Of a stretch of DNA of 24,136 bases, positions 1-8,679 are shown piece by piece. The notes beneath the pieces were generated by a model that worked only from the letters and a program-made list of their open reading frames with translations, was not told the origin of the DNA and ran no database searches. A program made the translations under genes and the position numbers. The stretch covers positions 1 through 24,136 of the IMG/VR virus record IMGVR_UViG_3300030372_003469, one strand, 5' to 3'. The stretch is from a virus. Taxonomy: Duplodnaviria; Caudoviricetes. Positions within the stretch are counted from its first letter, which is position 1. Each line of letters starts with the position of its first letter.

Positions 1-1629
1 GTAGGTTATACCGCTTTAGGTAATCAAGACGCTGGCACAGACGCGTATAATGTAGCGGTTGGATATAATGCTGGTACATTAGTTACAACAGGTACAGCTA
101 ATACTATTATAGGTGGTCTCGCAGGAGACGCTTTAACAACTGGTGGACAAAACGTAGCTGTAGGTTATGCCGCTTTAACAAATGAAGATGCGCATGGGAA
201 AAATGTAGCAATTGGTTATGAAGCTCTTAACCAACAAAACGCAGGAGCTGATGCTTATAATGTAGCCATAGGTTATGAGACTGGCGCCGCAATAACAACA
301 GGTACTGGCAATACTTTGATAGGAGGTTTTGCAGGTGATGCTTTAACCACTGGTACTAATAATACAGCTATAGGTAGGAGTGCTCTAACATCAGAAGATG
401 GTCACGGTTTCAATGTCGCTGTTGGTACTTTCTCTTTATTAAATCTAAACGCTGGAGACAACGCATTTAATACGGCAGTAGGATATGGTAGTGGTGAAAA
501 TCTTACAACGGGTACTTCTAATAGTATCTTAGGGGGGCAAGCAGGTGATGCCTTAACAACTGGTAGCTTTAATATGGCTATAGGTAGAAATGCTTTAACC
601 GCAGAAACCGGAGCCAATAGGTCTACCGCTATAGGGTATTTTGCTTTATCAGCACAGAATAAAGGTAGCGGTGATGCTAACAATATTGCTATAGGACACA
701 GTGCTGGTCAAAACGTAACAACAGGTATTCAAAACGTTATTATTGGTAATAACGCAGGTGACGCTTTAACAACTGGTAGTGAGAATGTTGTTTTAGGGTA
801 TTTTGCTCTTACCGAAGAAGATGAGCATGGTAAAAACACAGCAATAGGAGCTAGAGCTTTATCAACTCAAAATGCAGGAGCTGATGCTATTAATACAGCC
901 GTAGGTTATTATGCTGGGTTGAGTATGACAACAGGTGTTTCTAATACTATTTTAGGGGGGCAAGCGGGTGATGCTTTAACTACAGGAAGTTATAGTGTAG
1001 CTATAGGTCATCTTGCTTTAACAAATGAAGATACCGGAGGATCTAATGTAGCAATAGGATATAAGGCTTTATTTAATCAAGACGGCGGGGTGGCTAATAC
1101 AGTTTTAGGTTACCAAGCTGGTCAGTCTATTACAACAGGTGATGATAACACTATAATTGGAGGTGAAGCTGGAGATGCGTTAACAACAGGTAGTAATAAT
1201 ATTATAATAGGTCATGACGCTGCGGCTTCTGCTGTAGATGTTTCAAACGAAATAACATTAGGTGATGCAAACATATCTGCATTTAGATGCGCTGACCAAT
1301 CAATTGCAGCGTTGTCTGATGGTAGAGATAAAACAAATGTAAAAGACAGTAGCTTTGGTTTAGACTTTATAGATTCGGTTAGACCCGTAGAGTTTGAATG
1401 GGATTTCAGACCAGAGAATATGTCACCTGTTAAACAAGGTAAAAAACGCGTAGGATTTATAGCTCAAGAATTACAAGAAGCTATGCCTAACGGTGAAAAC
1501 GAAATATTAGATTTAGTATACGAGGTAAGTGAAGATCGTATAGAGGCAAAATATGGTAATCTAGTGCCCATACTCGTAAAAGCCGTACAAGAGCTTTCTG
1601 CAAAAGTAAAAGAACTAGAAGGTAAATAA
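1..1629 (+). CDS. Tail fibre/receptor-binding protein with beta-solenoid repeats and C-terminal intramolecular chaperone (peptidase S74); 5'-truncated
   Basis: Frame 1 is open from base 1 (VGYTALGNQDAGTDAYNVAVGYNAG...), so the track start at 316 is internal. Has ~17-aa NxAIGxxAL/AGDALTTG repeats. C-terminus LSDGRDKTNV...GFIAQE...LVKAVQELSAKV matches the S74 autocleaving chaperone pattern (SDxRxK). Confidence 0.9.
   Translation, partial: VGYTALGNQDAGTDAYNVAVGYNAGTLVTTGTANTIIGGLAGDALTTGGQNVAVGYAALTNEDAHGKNVAIGYEALNQQNAGADAYNVAIGYETGAAITTGTGNTLIGGFAGDALTTGTNNTAIGRSALTSEDGHGFNVAVGTFSLLNLNAGDNAFNTAVGYGSGENLTTGTSNSILGGQAGDALTTGSFNMAIGRNALTAETGANRSTAIGYFALSAQNKGSGDANNIAIGHSAGQNVTTGIQNVIIGNNAGDALTTGSENVVLGYFALTEEDEHGKNTAIGARALSTQNAGADAINTAVGYYAGLSMTTGVSNTILGGQAGDALTTGSYSVAIGHLALTNEDTGGSNVAIGYKALFNQDGGVANTVLGYQAGQSITTGDDNTIIGGEAGDALTTGSNNIIIGHDAAASAVDVSNEITLGDANISAFRCADQSIAALSDGRDKTNVKDSSFGLDFIDSVRPVEFEWDFRPENMSPVKQGKKRVGFIAQELQEAMPNGENEILDLVYEVSEDRIEAKYGNLVPILVKAVQELSAKVKELEGK
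121..1191 (+). repeat. ~210-nt (70-aa) higher-order coding repeat in the tail fibre
   Basis: AGDALTTG starts at 121, 331, 541, 754, 964 and 1168 (spacings 210, 210, 213, 210, 204). Each period comprises four 17-20 aa units. Confidence 0.9.
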
Positions 1630-1657
1630 TTATATAAACAATAACAAACATTTAAAA

Positions 1658-1885
1658 ATGGAAGATTACACACAAGAAAGAGCTTTAGTAGACATCAACG
1701 CTTCTTTAGATTCAATTGCAATATGCGAAAGAATTCAAGCAATTGCTGAGGCTGAGAGAACAGAAGATGAAGTTGGAGACTTATTCAGAAATCACCGTCA
1801 TTTAGTATTAAAGATGGAAATTCCTGTATTTGTTGAAAACTTAACTGCTGAGCAAAAATCTGCTATCGAGGCTATTATCGGATAA
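1658..1885 (+). CDS. Small acidic helical protein, possibly a tail-fibre partner or chaperone
   Basis: 75-aa ORF with A-rich start context (tttaaaaATG), immediately after the tail fibre gene. Function inferred from position only. Confidence 0.7.
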   Translation: MEDYTQERALVDINASLDSIAICERIQAIAEAERTEDEVGDLFRNHRHLVLKMEIPVFVENLTAEQKSAIEAIIG

Positions 1886-1891
1886 TATATT

Positions 1892-2179
1892 ATGGCTACA
1901 AAAAACGCACCTTCAAGAAAAAAATCTCTTGGCTATTATGCTAAAGTAAAAAAAGGCAAAGGCAGAGGCGCTAAAGCTGGAGGTGGTATGACCGCTAAAG
2001 GCGTAGCTAAATATAGAAAAGATAATCCTGGTAGTAAGTTAAAAACTGCAGTAACCACGCCTCCTTCTAAATTAAAAAAAGGAAGCAAGGCATATAAGCG
2101 TAGAAAAGCGTTTTGTGCTAGATCTAAGAGCTGGACATCGGAAAGAGGTTTAGCTGCTAGAAGAAAATGGAATTGTTAA
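1892..2179 (+). CDS. Small, highly basic conserved phage protein (resembles DUF6321)
   Basis: 95 aa, K/R-rich, with motif GGMTAKGVAKYRKDNPGSKLKTAVT...RRKAFCARS...KWNC, recognised as a marine phage family. The DUF assignment is from memory. Confidence 0.7.
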   Translation: MATKNAPSRKKSLGYYAKVKKGKGRGAKAGGGMTAKGVAKYRKDNPGSKLKTAVTTPPSKLKKGSKAYKRRKAFCARSKSWTSERGLAARRKWNC

Positions 2180-2189
2180 ATTAAATCTT

Positions 2190-2657
2190 ATGTCTGAAAG
2201 AAAAAAAACTTATAAAGAAAAAAACGGTACAACTCGTGTTGGTGATTTCTTAAGAAGTATAGGTAAAGGTAAAGTATTAGATGTTGTTGGTAGTTTAGCT
2301 ACTGGTAATATTAAAGGCGCTATAGACGCTATATCTGCAAAAGATAATGGTATGAGCGATCAAGAAAAAGAGTATGCTTTAAAAGTAATGGAATTAGATG
2401 TTGAGGAAATGAAAAGTGTTTCCGCAAGATGGGATTCTGATATGAAATCTGATTCTTGGCTTTCAAAAAATGTACGTCCTTTAACTCTTATATTTTTAAC
2501 TGTAACTACCGTTGCTTTAATATATTTAGATTCTTTTGACAAAAGTGTTTCTGTTCCAAATGAATGGATTGAGTTATTAAAATCATTATTATTAGGTATT
2601 TATATAGCTTACTTTGGTTCAAGAGGATTAGAAAAGTATAAAACAATAAGCAAGTAA
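2190..2657 (+). CDS. Putative holin (GTA-type 3TM holin-like)
   Basis: SDSWLSKNVRP followed by two hydrophobic helices (LTLIFLTVTTVALIYL; LLKSLLLGIYIAYFG) and a YFGSRGLEK C-terminus, typical of this holin family. Confidence 0.75.
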   Translation: MSERKKTYKEKNGTTRVGDFLRSIGKGKVLDVVGSLATGNIKGAIDAISAKDNGMSDQEKEYALKVMELDVEEMKSVSARWDSDMKSDSWLSKNVRPLTLIFLTVTTVALIYLDSFDKSVSVPNEWIELLKSLLLGIYIAYFGSRGLEKYKTISK

Positions 2658-2710
2658 TTGATACTGTGCGTAATATATATATAAGTAATTAATAATTAAA
2701 TCAAATTAAA

Positions 2711-2962
2711 ATGAGTAAAAAAATTGAACAAGTAGAACTAGAAGAATTAGTTAAACAACAAAGTTTAAAAAACAGAATGATTGCTGATATTGGTACTTTA
2801 GAAGTACAAAAAACACAAATATTAGGATCTTTTGCGCAATTGTTGGCTGAAGCTGAAAAAACGAGTAAAGATTTAGAAGAAAAGTACGGTAAAATTACTG
2901 TTAACTTAGAAGATGGATCTTACGAAGAAATGAAGGAACAATCAGATGAGCAAGCTAATTAG
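2711..2962 (+). CDS. Hypothetical coiled-coil protein
   Basis: 83 aa, helical/heptad pattern, ends in LEEKYGKITVNLEDGSY. Strong A-rich start context. Confidence 0.75.
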   Translation: MSKKIEQVELEELVKQQSLKNRMIADIGTLEVQKTQILGSFAQLLAEAEKTSKDLEEKYGKITVNLEDGSYEEMKEQSDEQAN

Positions 2963-3173
2963 AAAAATAAGTATTGGCACTGATTATAAAAATGAAGCAA
3001 TGCACTACTCCGTAGGTCAACAGGTTTACGGAGGTCACTGCATATCAGATATACTATATGATCAAGAAGATTGTTCTTATAATATATACATAAGAAAAAA
3101 AGACGAAGTCATACCTTGGAAAAAGTTTAACTCCAATATGGCTATATCAATTGAATATAATTTAGAATACTAA
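2946..3173 (+). CDS. Hypothetical protein
   Basis: 75 aa. Overlaps the upstream gene by 17 nt, and its stop overlaps the next start (TAATG), implying translational coupling. Confidence 0.75.
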   Translation: MSKLIRKISIGTDYKNEAMHYSVGQQVYGGHCISDILYDQEDCSYNIYIRKKDEVIPWKKFNSNMAISIEYNLEY

Positions 3174-3796
3174 TGCAAAGCTTATATAGCTTCATAATAG
3201 AACCTAAAAACGGTAGGTATACTAATGAAGTAGATTTAAATGGTAAAAAATTAATAATTAATACTACCATGGACGACCATAAGTTTGTTAACAGAGTAGG
3301 GATTGTAAAATCAATACCTCTTATCGGTGAAACTGATATAAAAGTTAACGATGAAGTAATTGTACATCATAATGTATTTAGAAGATTCTATAATGTAAAA
3401 GGTATTGAAAAAAATAGCAGCTCTTATTTTAAAGAAGATAAATATTTTTGTTATTATGACCAAATATTTTTATATAAGCATAATAATAAATGGAAAGCTC
3501 CAGGTGATTTTTGTTTTGTAAAGCCAATAGTAAAAAAAGAAAAATCAATTATAAGCGATCAAAAAGAGCAAAAGCATATTGGTATATTAAAATACGGTAA
3601 TAGCTCCTTAAAAGCTTTTAAAATAAGCGAGGGAGACGTTGTAGGGTTTAGCCCTAGTAGCGAATACGAGTTTTTAATAGATAGCGATAGATTATATCGA
3701 ATGCGTACTAAAGACATTACAATTAAATATGAAAACAAAGGAGACGAAGTTGAATATAATCCAAGCTGGGCGGAAGGCTGTGGAAGAACTTATTAA
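3173..3796 (+). CDS. Co-chaperonin GroES-like protein, apparently two GroES-like domains
   Basis: C-half WKAPGDFCFVKP...GILKYG...ISEGDVVGF...EFLIDSDRLYRMRTKDI aligns by eye to the GroES pattern (KPLGDRVLVK...G.V..VG...VKVGD.V.F...EVK.DGEEYLI.RE.DI). N-half FIIEP...GIVKSIP...IKVNDEVIV shows the same pattern. Confidence 0.65.
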   Translation: MQSLYSFIIEPKNGRYTNEVDLNGKKLIINTTMDDHKFVNRVGIVKSIPLIGETDIKVNDEVIVHHNVFRRFYNVKGIEKNSSSYFKEDKYFCYYDQIFLYKHNNKWKAPGDFCFVKPIVKKEKSIISDQKEQKHIGILKYGNSSLKAFKISEGDVVGFSPSSEYEFLIDSDRLYRMRTKDITIKYENKGDEVEYNPSWAEGCGRTY

Positions 3797-4004
3797 AGTT
3801 GCTAAAGAACCAATAGTTGATTCAGATGATGATATATCTGCCGATAGATTAAAAAACGCAGCAGCTACAAAAAAGTTAGCAATATTCGATGCTTTTGAAA
3901 TACTTACTAGAATACAACAAGAAGAAGATATGTTAAATGATAGTAAGTCTAAAGATAATAAAGAAAAGTCTTTTAAAGGTTTTGCAGAAGGGAGGTCTAA
4001 ATGA
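3729..4004 (+). CDS. Putative terminase small subunit
   Basis: 91-aa helical protein directly upstream of terL and coupled to it by an ATGA overlap. Function inferred from synteny. Confidence 0.5.
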   Translation: MKTKETKLNIIQAGRKAVEELIKVAKEPIVDSDDDISADRLKNAAATKKLAIFDAFEILTRIQQEEDMLNDSKSKDNKEKSFKGFAEGRSK

Positions 4005-6223
4005 AATACGAGCAAAATTTAGTTAGGGTATTAAAAGATTATATAAAGCCTCATACTATAAATAAAAATAATAGATATAATAAATGGCAATATGGTTATA
4101 ATAAAGATCATGACATTGTAGTTATATCTAAGACTGGAAAAATCGGTGAAATATACGAAATACAAAATCTTAAAATAGCTTTACCGTTAATAGAAAAAAG
4201 TTATAAAAGATCTAAAAAAGAAACAGAACAATATTGGGAACCGTTAGAATACCCAAAAGAATTAAATAAAATAAAATCTGTTTTTGAATGGGAAGATTAT
4301 CCAAGTGAATTTAAAAACAAATGGTATGATTACATTGATGAAGAGTTTAAAAAAAGAGAAGAGGGTTTTGCATTTAATAACAAAGGCGTTCCTACTTATA
4401 TTACTGGCTCTCATTACATGTACTTGCAGTGGACCAAGATTGATGTTGGGCACCCAGATTTTAGGGAATCAAACAGATTATTCTTCATATTCTGGGAGGC
4501 TTGCAAGGCAGACAAACGTTGTTACGGAATGTGCTATCTTAAGAATAGAAGATCTGGATTTTCATTCATGTCATCGTCTGAGTTGGTGCATCAGGCAACA
4601 ACATCAAGGGATGCAAGGTTTGGTATATTATCCAAGACAGGATCTGATGCTAAGAAGATGTTTACAGATAAGGTCGTACCAATTTCCATTAACTACCCCT
4701 TCTTTTTTCGTCCCATACAGGACGGAATGGACAGGCCGAAGACAGAACTTGCGTACAGGGTCCCGGCGAGTAAATTCACAAGAAAGAAGCTCGACTCGAA
4801 GGAGAAGCTTAAGGAGATAGAAGGTCTAGATACAACTATTGATTGGAAAAACACAGGAGATAACTCTTATGATGGTGAAAAGCTAAAGTTATTAGCACAT
4901 GATGAATCAGGTAAATGGGAAAGACCTGACAATATATTAAATAACTGGAGAGTTACAAAAACAACATTAAGACTAGGTTCTAGAATTATAGGTAAATGTA
5001 TGATGGGTTCAACGTCAAACTCATTAGATAAAGGCGGCGATAATTTTAAAAAACTATACTATGACTCAGATGTCAAACGTAGAAACCGCAATGGACAAAC
5101 AAGCTCGGGATTATATTCTTTATTCATACCTATGGAATGGAACTACGAAGGATATATTGATATGTATGGAGCACCTGTCTTTGAAATTAGCAATGAAAAA
5201 GCATATGACCGCTATGGCGATGAAATAGATATAGGCGTAATAGAATATTGGCAAAATGAAGTAGACGGCCTTAAAGATGACCAAGACGGTTTGAATGAAT
5301 ATTATAGACAATTTCCAAGAACAGAAAGTCACGCATTTAGAGATGAGGCAAAATTATCTTTATTTAATCTAACTAAGATATACGAACAGATAGATTATAA
5401 CGACGAAATACAAAGACAAGGAGTTGTTACCGTTGGTAGTTTTCAATGGAAAAATGGTATAAAAGATACAACTGTAGAATTTATGCCAAATAAATCTGGA
5501 AGATTTAAAGTTAGTTGGGTTCCAAAATTAGAAATGCAAAATAGAATGCGTTTGCAAAATGGTATAAAATATCCAGCTAATGATCATATAGGCGCATTTG
5601 GATGCGATAGTTATGATATATCCGGCACAGTAGATGGTATAGGTTCAAATGGTGCTTTACACGGTCTTACAAAATATTCAATGGAAGAAGCTCCATCTAA
5701 TAGTTTTTTCTTAGAATATGTAGCAAGACCACAAACTGCTGAAATATTTTTTGAAGATGTACTTATGGCATGCGTTTTTTATGGTATGCCAATATTAGTT
5801 GAAAATAATAAACCTAGACTTTTATATCATTTTAAAAGAAGAGGCTATAGAGGTTACTCTATGAATAGACCGGATAAATCTTATAATAAATTATCCGCTA
5901 CAGAAAAAGAAATAGGTGGAATACCAAATTCATCAAATGATGTAAAGCAGGCTCATGCTGCAGCTATAGAATCCTATATTGAAAAACACGTAGGAATAAT
6001 AGAAGATGGATATGGTGATATGTATTTTACAAGAACATTAGAAGATTGGGCTAAGTTTGATATAAACAATAGAACAAAGTTTGATGCTTCGATAAGTTCA
6101 GGATTGGCAATAATGGCATGTAATAAAAACTTATATGCTCCAACTCAAGAAAGACAAGTCAGAACTATAAATCTTGGTATTAAAAGATATAACAACAAAG
6201 GTTCAAGATCAAAAATAATTTAA
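4001..6223 (+). CDS. terL: Terminase large subunit
   Basis: 740 aa. Walker A-like LKNRRSGFS, Walker B LLAHDESGKW, motif III GSTSN, nuclease motifs FGCDSYD, LVENN and FDASISSG. Lies upstream of the portal. Confidence 0.92.
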   Translation: MKYEQNLVRVLKDYIKPHTINKNNRYNKWQYGYNKDHDIVVISKTGKIGEIYEIQNLKIALPLIEKSYKRSKKETEQYWEPLEYPKELNKIKSVFEWEDYPSEFKNKWYDYIDEEFKKREEGFAFNNKGVPTYITGSHYMYLQWTKIDVGHPDFRESNRLFFIFWEACKADKRCYGMCYLKNRRSGFSFMSSSELVHQATTSRDARFGILSKTGSDAKKMFTDKVVPISINYPFFFRPIQDGMDRPKTELAYRVPASKFTRKKLDSKEKLKEIEGLDTTIDWKNTGDNSYDGEKLKLLAHDESGKWERPDNILNNWRVTKTTLRLGSRIIGKCMMGSTSNSLDKGGDNFKKLYYDSDVKRRNRNGQTSSGLYSLFIPMEWNYEGYIDMYGAPVFEISNEKAYDRYGDEIDIGVIEYWQNEVDGLKDDQDGLNEYYRQFPRTESHAFRDEAKLSLFNLTKIYEQIDYNDEIQRQGVVTVGSFQWKNGIKDTTVEFMPNKSGRFKVSWVPKLEMQNRMRLQNGIKYPANDHIGAFGCDSYDISGTVDGIGSNGALHGLTKYSMEEAPSNSFFLEYVARPQTAEIFFEDVLMACVFYGMPILVENNKPRLLYHFKRRGYRGYSMNRPDKSYNKLSATEKEIGGIPNSSNDVKQAHAAAIESYIEKHVGIIEDGYGDMYFTRTLEDWAKFDINNRTKFDASISSGLAIMACNKNLYAPTQERQVRTINLGIKRYNNKGSRSKII
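4326..4820 (+). CDS. Candidate overprinted lipoprotein in the +1 frame of terL
   Basis: Stop-free for 178 codons from 4284, with ATGs at 4326 and 4338. Basic N-region, hydrophobic AFLLILLALIT, then Cys (4419/4425). Coincides with a GC-rich island of terL. Confidence 0.6.
   Translation: MITLMKSLKKEKRVLHLITKAFLLILLALITCTCSGPRLMLGTQILGNQTDYSSYSGRLARQTNVVTECAILRIEDLDFHSCHRLSWCIRQQHQGMQGLVYYPRQDLMLRRCLQIRSYQFPLTTPSFFVPYRTEWTGRRQNLRTGSRRVNSQERSSTRRRSLRR
5061..5228 (+). CDS. Candidate overprinted 55-aa protein in the +1 frame of terL
   Basis: MTQMSNVETAMDKQARDYILYSYLWNGTTKDILICMEHLSLKLAMKKHMTAMAMK*. A-rich leader ttttaaaaaactatactATG. Atypical terL codons (GTC, CGT, CGC, TCG) in the overlap. Confidence 0.4.
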   Translation: MTQMSNVETAMDKQARDYILYSYLWNGTTKDILICMEHLSLKLAMKKHMTAMAMK

Positions 6224-6227
6224 ATAA

Positions 6228-8648
6228 ATGATTAATAAAGCTATAAAAAGTTCTTTTCCCAGCCAAGCGGTTAGTGATTTAGAAAAAATGAGTGCAGAAT
6301 ATGGTGCGCAGGTGGGTAGAGCTATAGAGCATGAATGGTTTAACTCTAAAGATGGGTATAGTGGTAAAAATGGGTCGGGAAGATATATGACATCAAGACA
6401 ATCTTTTCATTCATTAAGATTATACGCAAGAGGAGAACAATCTGTTAGAAAATATAAAGATGAATTATCTATAAATGGTGATTTATCTTACATGAATCTT
6501 GATTGGAAACCCGTTCCAATTATACCAAAGTTTGTTGATATAGTTGTAAATGGTATGGCAGATAGATCTTATGACATAAAAGCATATTCCCAAGATCCTG
6601 CATCGATAAAAGAAAGAACAGACTATGTAACAAAAATAGCGGAAGATATGGCGGCCCAGCCATTTAACGACGCTGTTGCAGTTCAACTTGGTATTGATAT
6701 ATATCAAACAGATCAAGACAAATTACCTGAAACTTCAGAAGAGTTAGAATTACATATGCAGCTTGAATATAAGCAGTCTATTGAAATAGCTGAAGAAGAG
6801 GCTATTAATAGTGTATTTGATAAAAATAAATATGAATTAATATCTAGGCGTATTAATAATGATTTAACAGTTATAGGTATTGGTGCTGCAAAAAGCACTT
6901 TTAATAAAGCAGAAGGTATTAAAGTTGAGTATGTAGATCCTGCTGATCTTATATATTCAAATACTGATTCCCCTTATTTTGATGATATATACTATGTGGG
7001 TGAAGTAAAAGAAATATATTTAAATGAATTAAAAAAAGAATTTCCTGAATTAACAGATGAACAATTAGAATCTTATAAAGGCTATAGTACATCTTATACG
7101 TACACAGGATATAATTCTAAATCAAATGAAAATAACAGCGTAGCTGTATTATATTTTGAATATAAAACTTATGCTAATCAAGTTTATAAGGTAAAGAAAA
7201 CAGCAACCGGAGGTGATAAAGCTATTGAAAAAAATGACACTTTTAATCCACCAAATTCAGATGATTTCAGTAAAGTCGATAGAGCCATTGAGGTTATATA
7301 TGAAGGTGTTAAAGTTATAGGTAGCAATGAAGTTCTTAAATGGGAACTTAAGAAAAATATGATGCGACCAAAAGCAGATACTACAAAAGCTCAAATGAGT
7401 TATGCTATCTGCGCACCTAGAATGTATGAAGGAAGAATAGAATCGCTTGTTAGTCGTATGACTAATTTTGCAGATATGATTCAGTTAACGCATTTAAAGC
7501 TACAACAGGTATTATCAAGAGTTGTACCAGACGGTGTTTATTTAGATGCTGATGCTTTAGCTGAAATTGATTTAGGCAACGGAACAAATTATAATCCTCA
7601 AGAAGCATTAAATATGTATTTTCAAACCGGTAGTGTTATTGGTAGATCAATGACTCAGGACGGTGATATGAATAGAGGAAGATTACCAATTACAGAACTT
7701 AACTCTAGTGGTGGTAATAATAAAATAAGCGCATTAATAAGTACGTATAATTACTATTTACAGATGATGCGTGATGTAACTGGTTTAAATGAAGCCAGAG
7801 ATGGAAGTATCCCAGATAAAAACGCTTTAGTTGGATTACAAAAATTAGCAGCCGCTAATTCTAATACAGCAACAAGGCACTTATTGCAATCAAGCTTGTT
7901 TATAACCCTATCAATGGCAGAGTGTATTGCAATGCGAGTGTCGGATGTTATAGAATATTCTCCTACTAAAGAATCTTTTATAAAAACTTTAGGTAAGTTT
8001 AATGTTTCTACTTTAGAAGAAATGGCAAACTTGCATTTACATGACTTTGGTATATTCTTAGAGCTAGCTCCAGATGAAGAAGAAAAGCAAAAATTAGAAA
8101 ATAATATTCAAGTTGCTTTGCAGTCTGGGCAAATATATTTAGAAGATGCTATAGAAGTTAGAGAAGTGCGTAATATAAAATTAGCGAACCAGCTTCTTAA
8201 AATACGTAGAAGAAAGAAACAACAATTAGATCAAGAGCAACAACAAAGAAATATACAAGCTCAAACGCAATCTAACTCACAATCTGCTCAGGCTGCGGCT
8301 CAAGCTGATATGCAAAAACAACAAGCATTAACAGAATCTAAAGCTCAGTTAGAACAAATTAAAAGCCAATTAGAAATAGCAAAACTTGAAAGAGAAGCTG
8401 CTATAAAGAAAGAGTTAATGGAAGCGGAGTTTAATTTTAACATGCGCCTAAGTGAAATGCGCATTAAAGAAGTTAATCAAAAAGATAAATTTAAAGAAGA
8501 TCGTAAAGACGAAAGAACAAAAATACAAGCATCACAGCAAAGTGAGCTTATAGATCAAAGAAAAAATAACGCACCGCCTAAAAACTTTGAATCCGCAGGA
8601 ATGGATAACTTAGGTGGATTTGGGTTAGAACAATTCGAGCCTAGATAA
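6228..8648 (+). CDS. Portal protein
   Basis: 806 aa, between terL and scaffold/MCP. Contains PIIPKFVDIVVNGM and MMRDVTGLNEARDG motifs and a long Q/A-rich C-terminal coiled coil like podoviral portal barrels. Confidence 0.88.
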   Translation: MINKAIKSSFPSQAVSDLEKMSAEYGAQVGRAIEHEWFNSKDGYSGKNGSGRYMTSRQSFHSLRLYARGEQSVRKYKDELSINGDLSYMNLDWKPVPIIPKFVDIVVNGMADRSYDIKAYSQDPASIKERTDYVTKIAEDMAAQPFNDAVAVQLGIDIYQTDQDKLPETSEELELHMQLEYKQSIEIAEEEAINSVFDKNKYELISRRINNDLTVIGIGAAKSTFNKAEGIKVEYVDPADLIYSNTDSPYFDDIYYVGEVKEIYLNELKKEFPELTDEQLESYKGYSTSYTYTGYNSKSNENNSVAVLYFEYKTYANQVYKVKKTATGGDKAIEKNDTFNPPNSDDFSKVDRAIEVIYEGVKVIGSNEVLKWELKKNMMRPKADTTKAQMSYAICAPRMYEGRIESLVSRMTNFADMIQLTHLKLQQVLSRVVPDGVYLDADALAEIDLGNGTNYNPQEALNMYFQTGSVIGRSMTQDGDMNRGRLPITELNSSGGNNKISALISTYNYYLQMMRDVTGLNEARDGSIPDKNALVGLQKLAAANSNTATRHLLQSSLFITLSMAECIAMRVSDVIEYSPTKESFIKTLGKFNVSTLEEMANLHLHDFGIFLELAPDEEEKQKLENNIQVALQSGQIYLEDAIEVREVRNIKLANQLLKIRRRKKQQLDQEQQQRNIQAQTQSNSQSAQAAAQADMQKQQALTESKAQLEQIKSQLEIAKLEREAAIKKELMEAEFNFNMRLSEMRIKEVNQKDKFKEDRKDERTKIQASQQSELIDQRKNNAPPKNFESAGMDNLGGFGLEQFEPR

Positions 8649-8657
8649 AAATTTTTT

Positions 8658-8678
8658 AACTATTTAATTATATTATAT
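8658..8678 (+). promoter_or_regulatory. 21-nt leader element AACTATTTAATTATATTATAT (copy 1)
   Basis: Identical to 11919-11939. Both copies end 1 nt before an ATG. Confidence 0.7.
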
Positions 8679-8679
8679 T

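Noticed and set aside
316-318. Track start of the tail fibre
   Set aside because: It is an internal TTG. The frame and repeats continue to base 1.
1-1200. Possible CRISPR array or DGR template/variable repeat
   Set aside because: The repeats are in-frame protein repeats diverged at synonymous sites. There are no identical direct repeats with spacers and no reverse transcriptase in the window.
4380-4820. Intron, intein or insertion as the cause of the terL GC island
   Set aside because: The terL frame is continuous and this stretch encodes core ATPase motifs, so it is not an insertion.
8442-8465. ATGCGC...GCGCAT inverted repeat and AATGCGCATT palindrome in the portal gene
   Set aside because: Short, explained by two Met-Arg codon pairs, and no second instance was seen.
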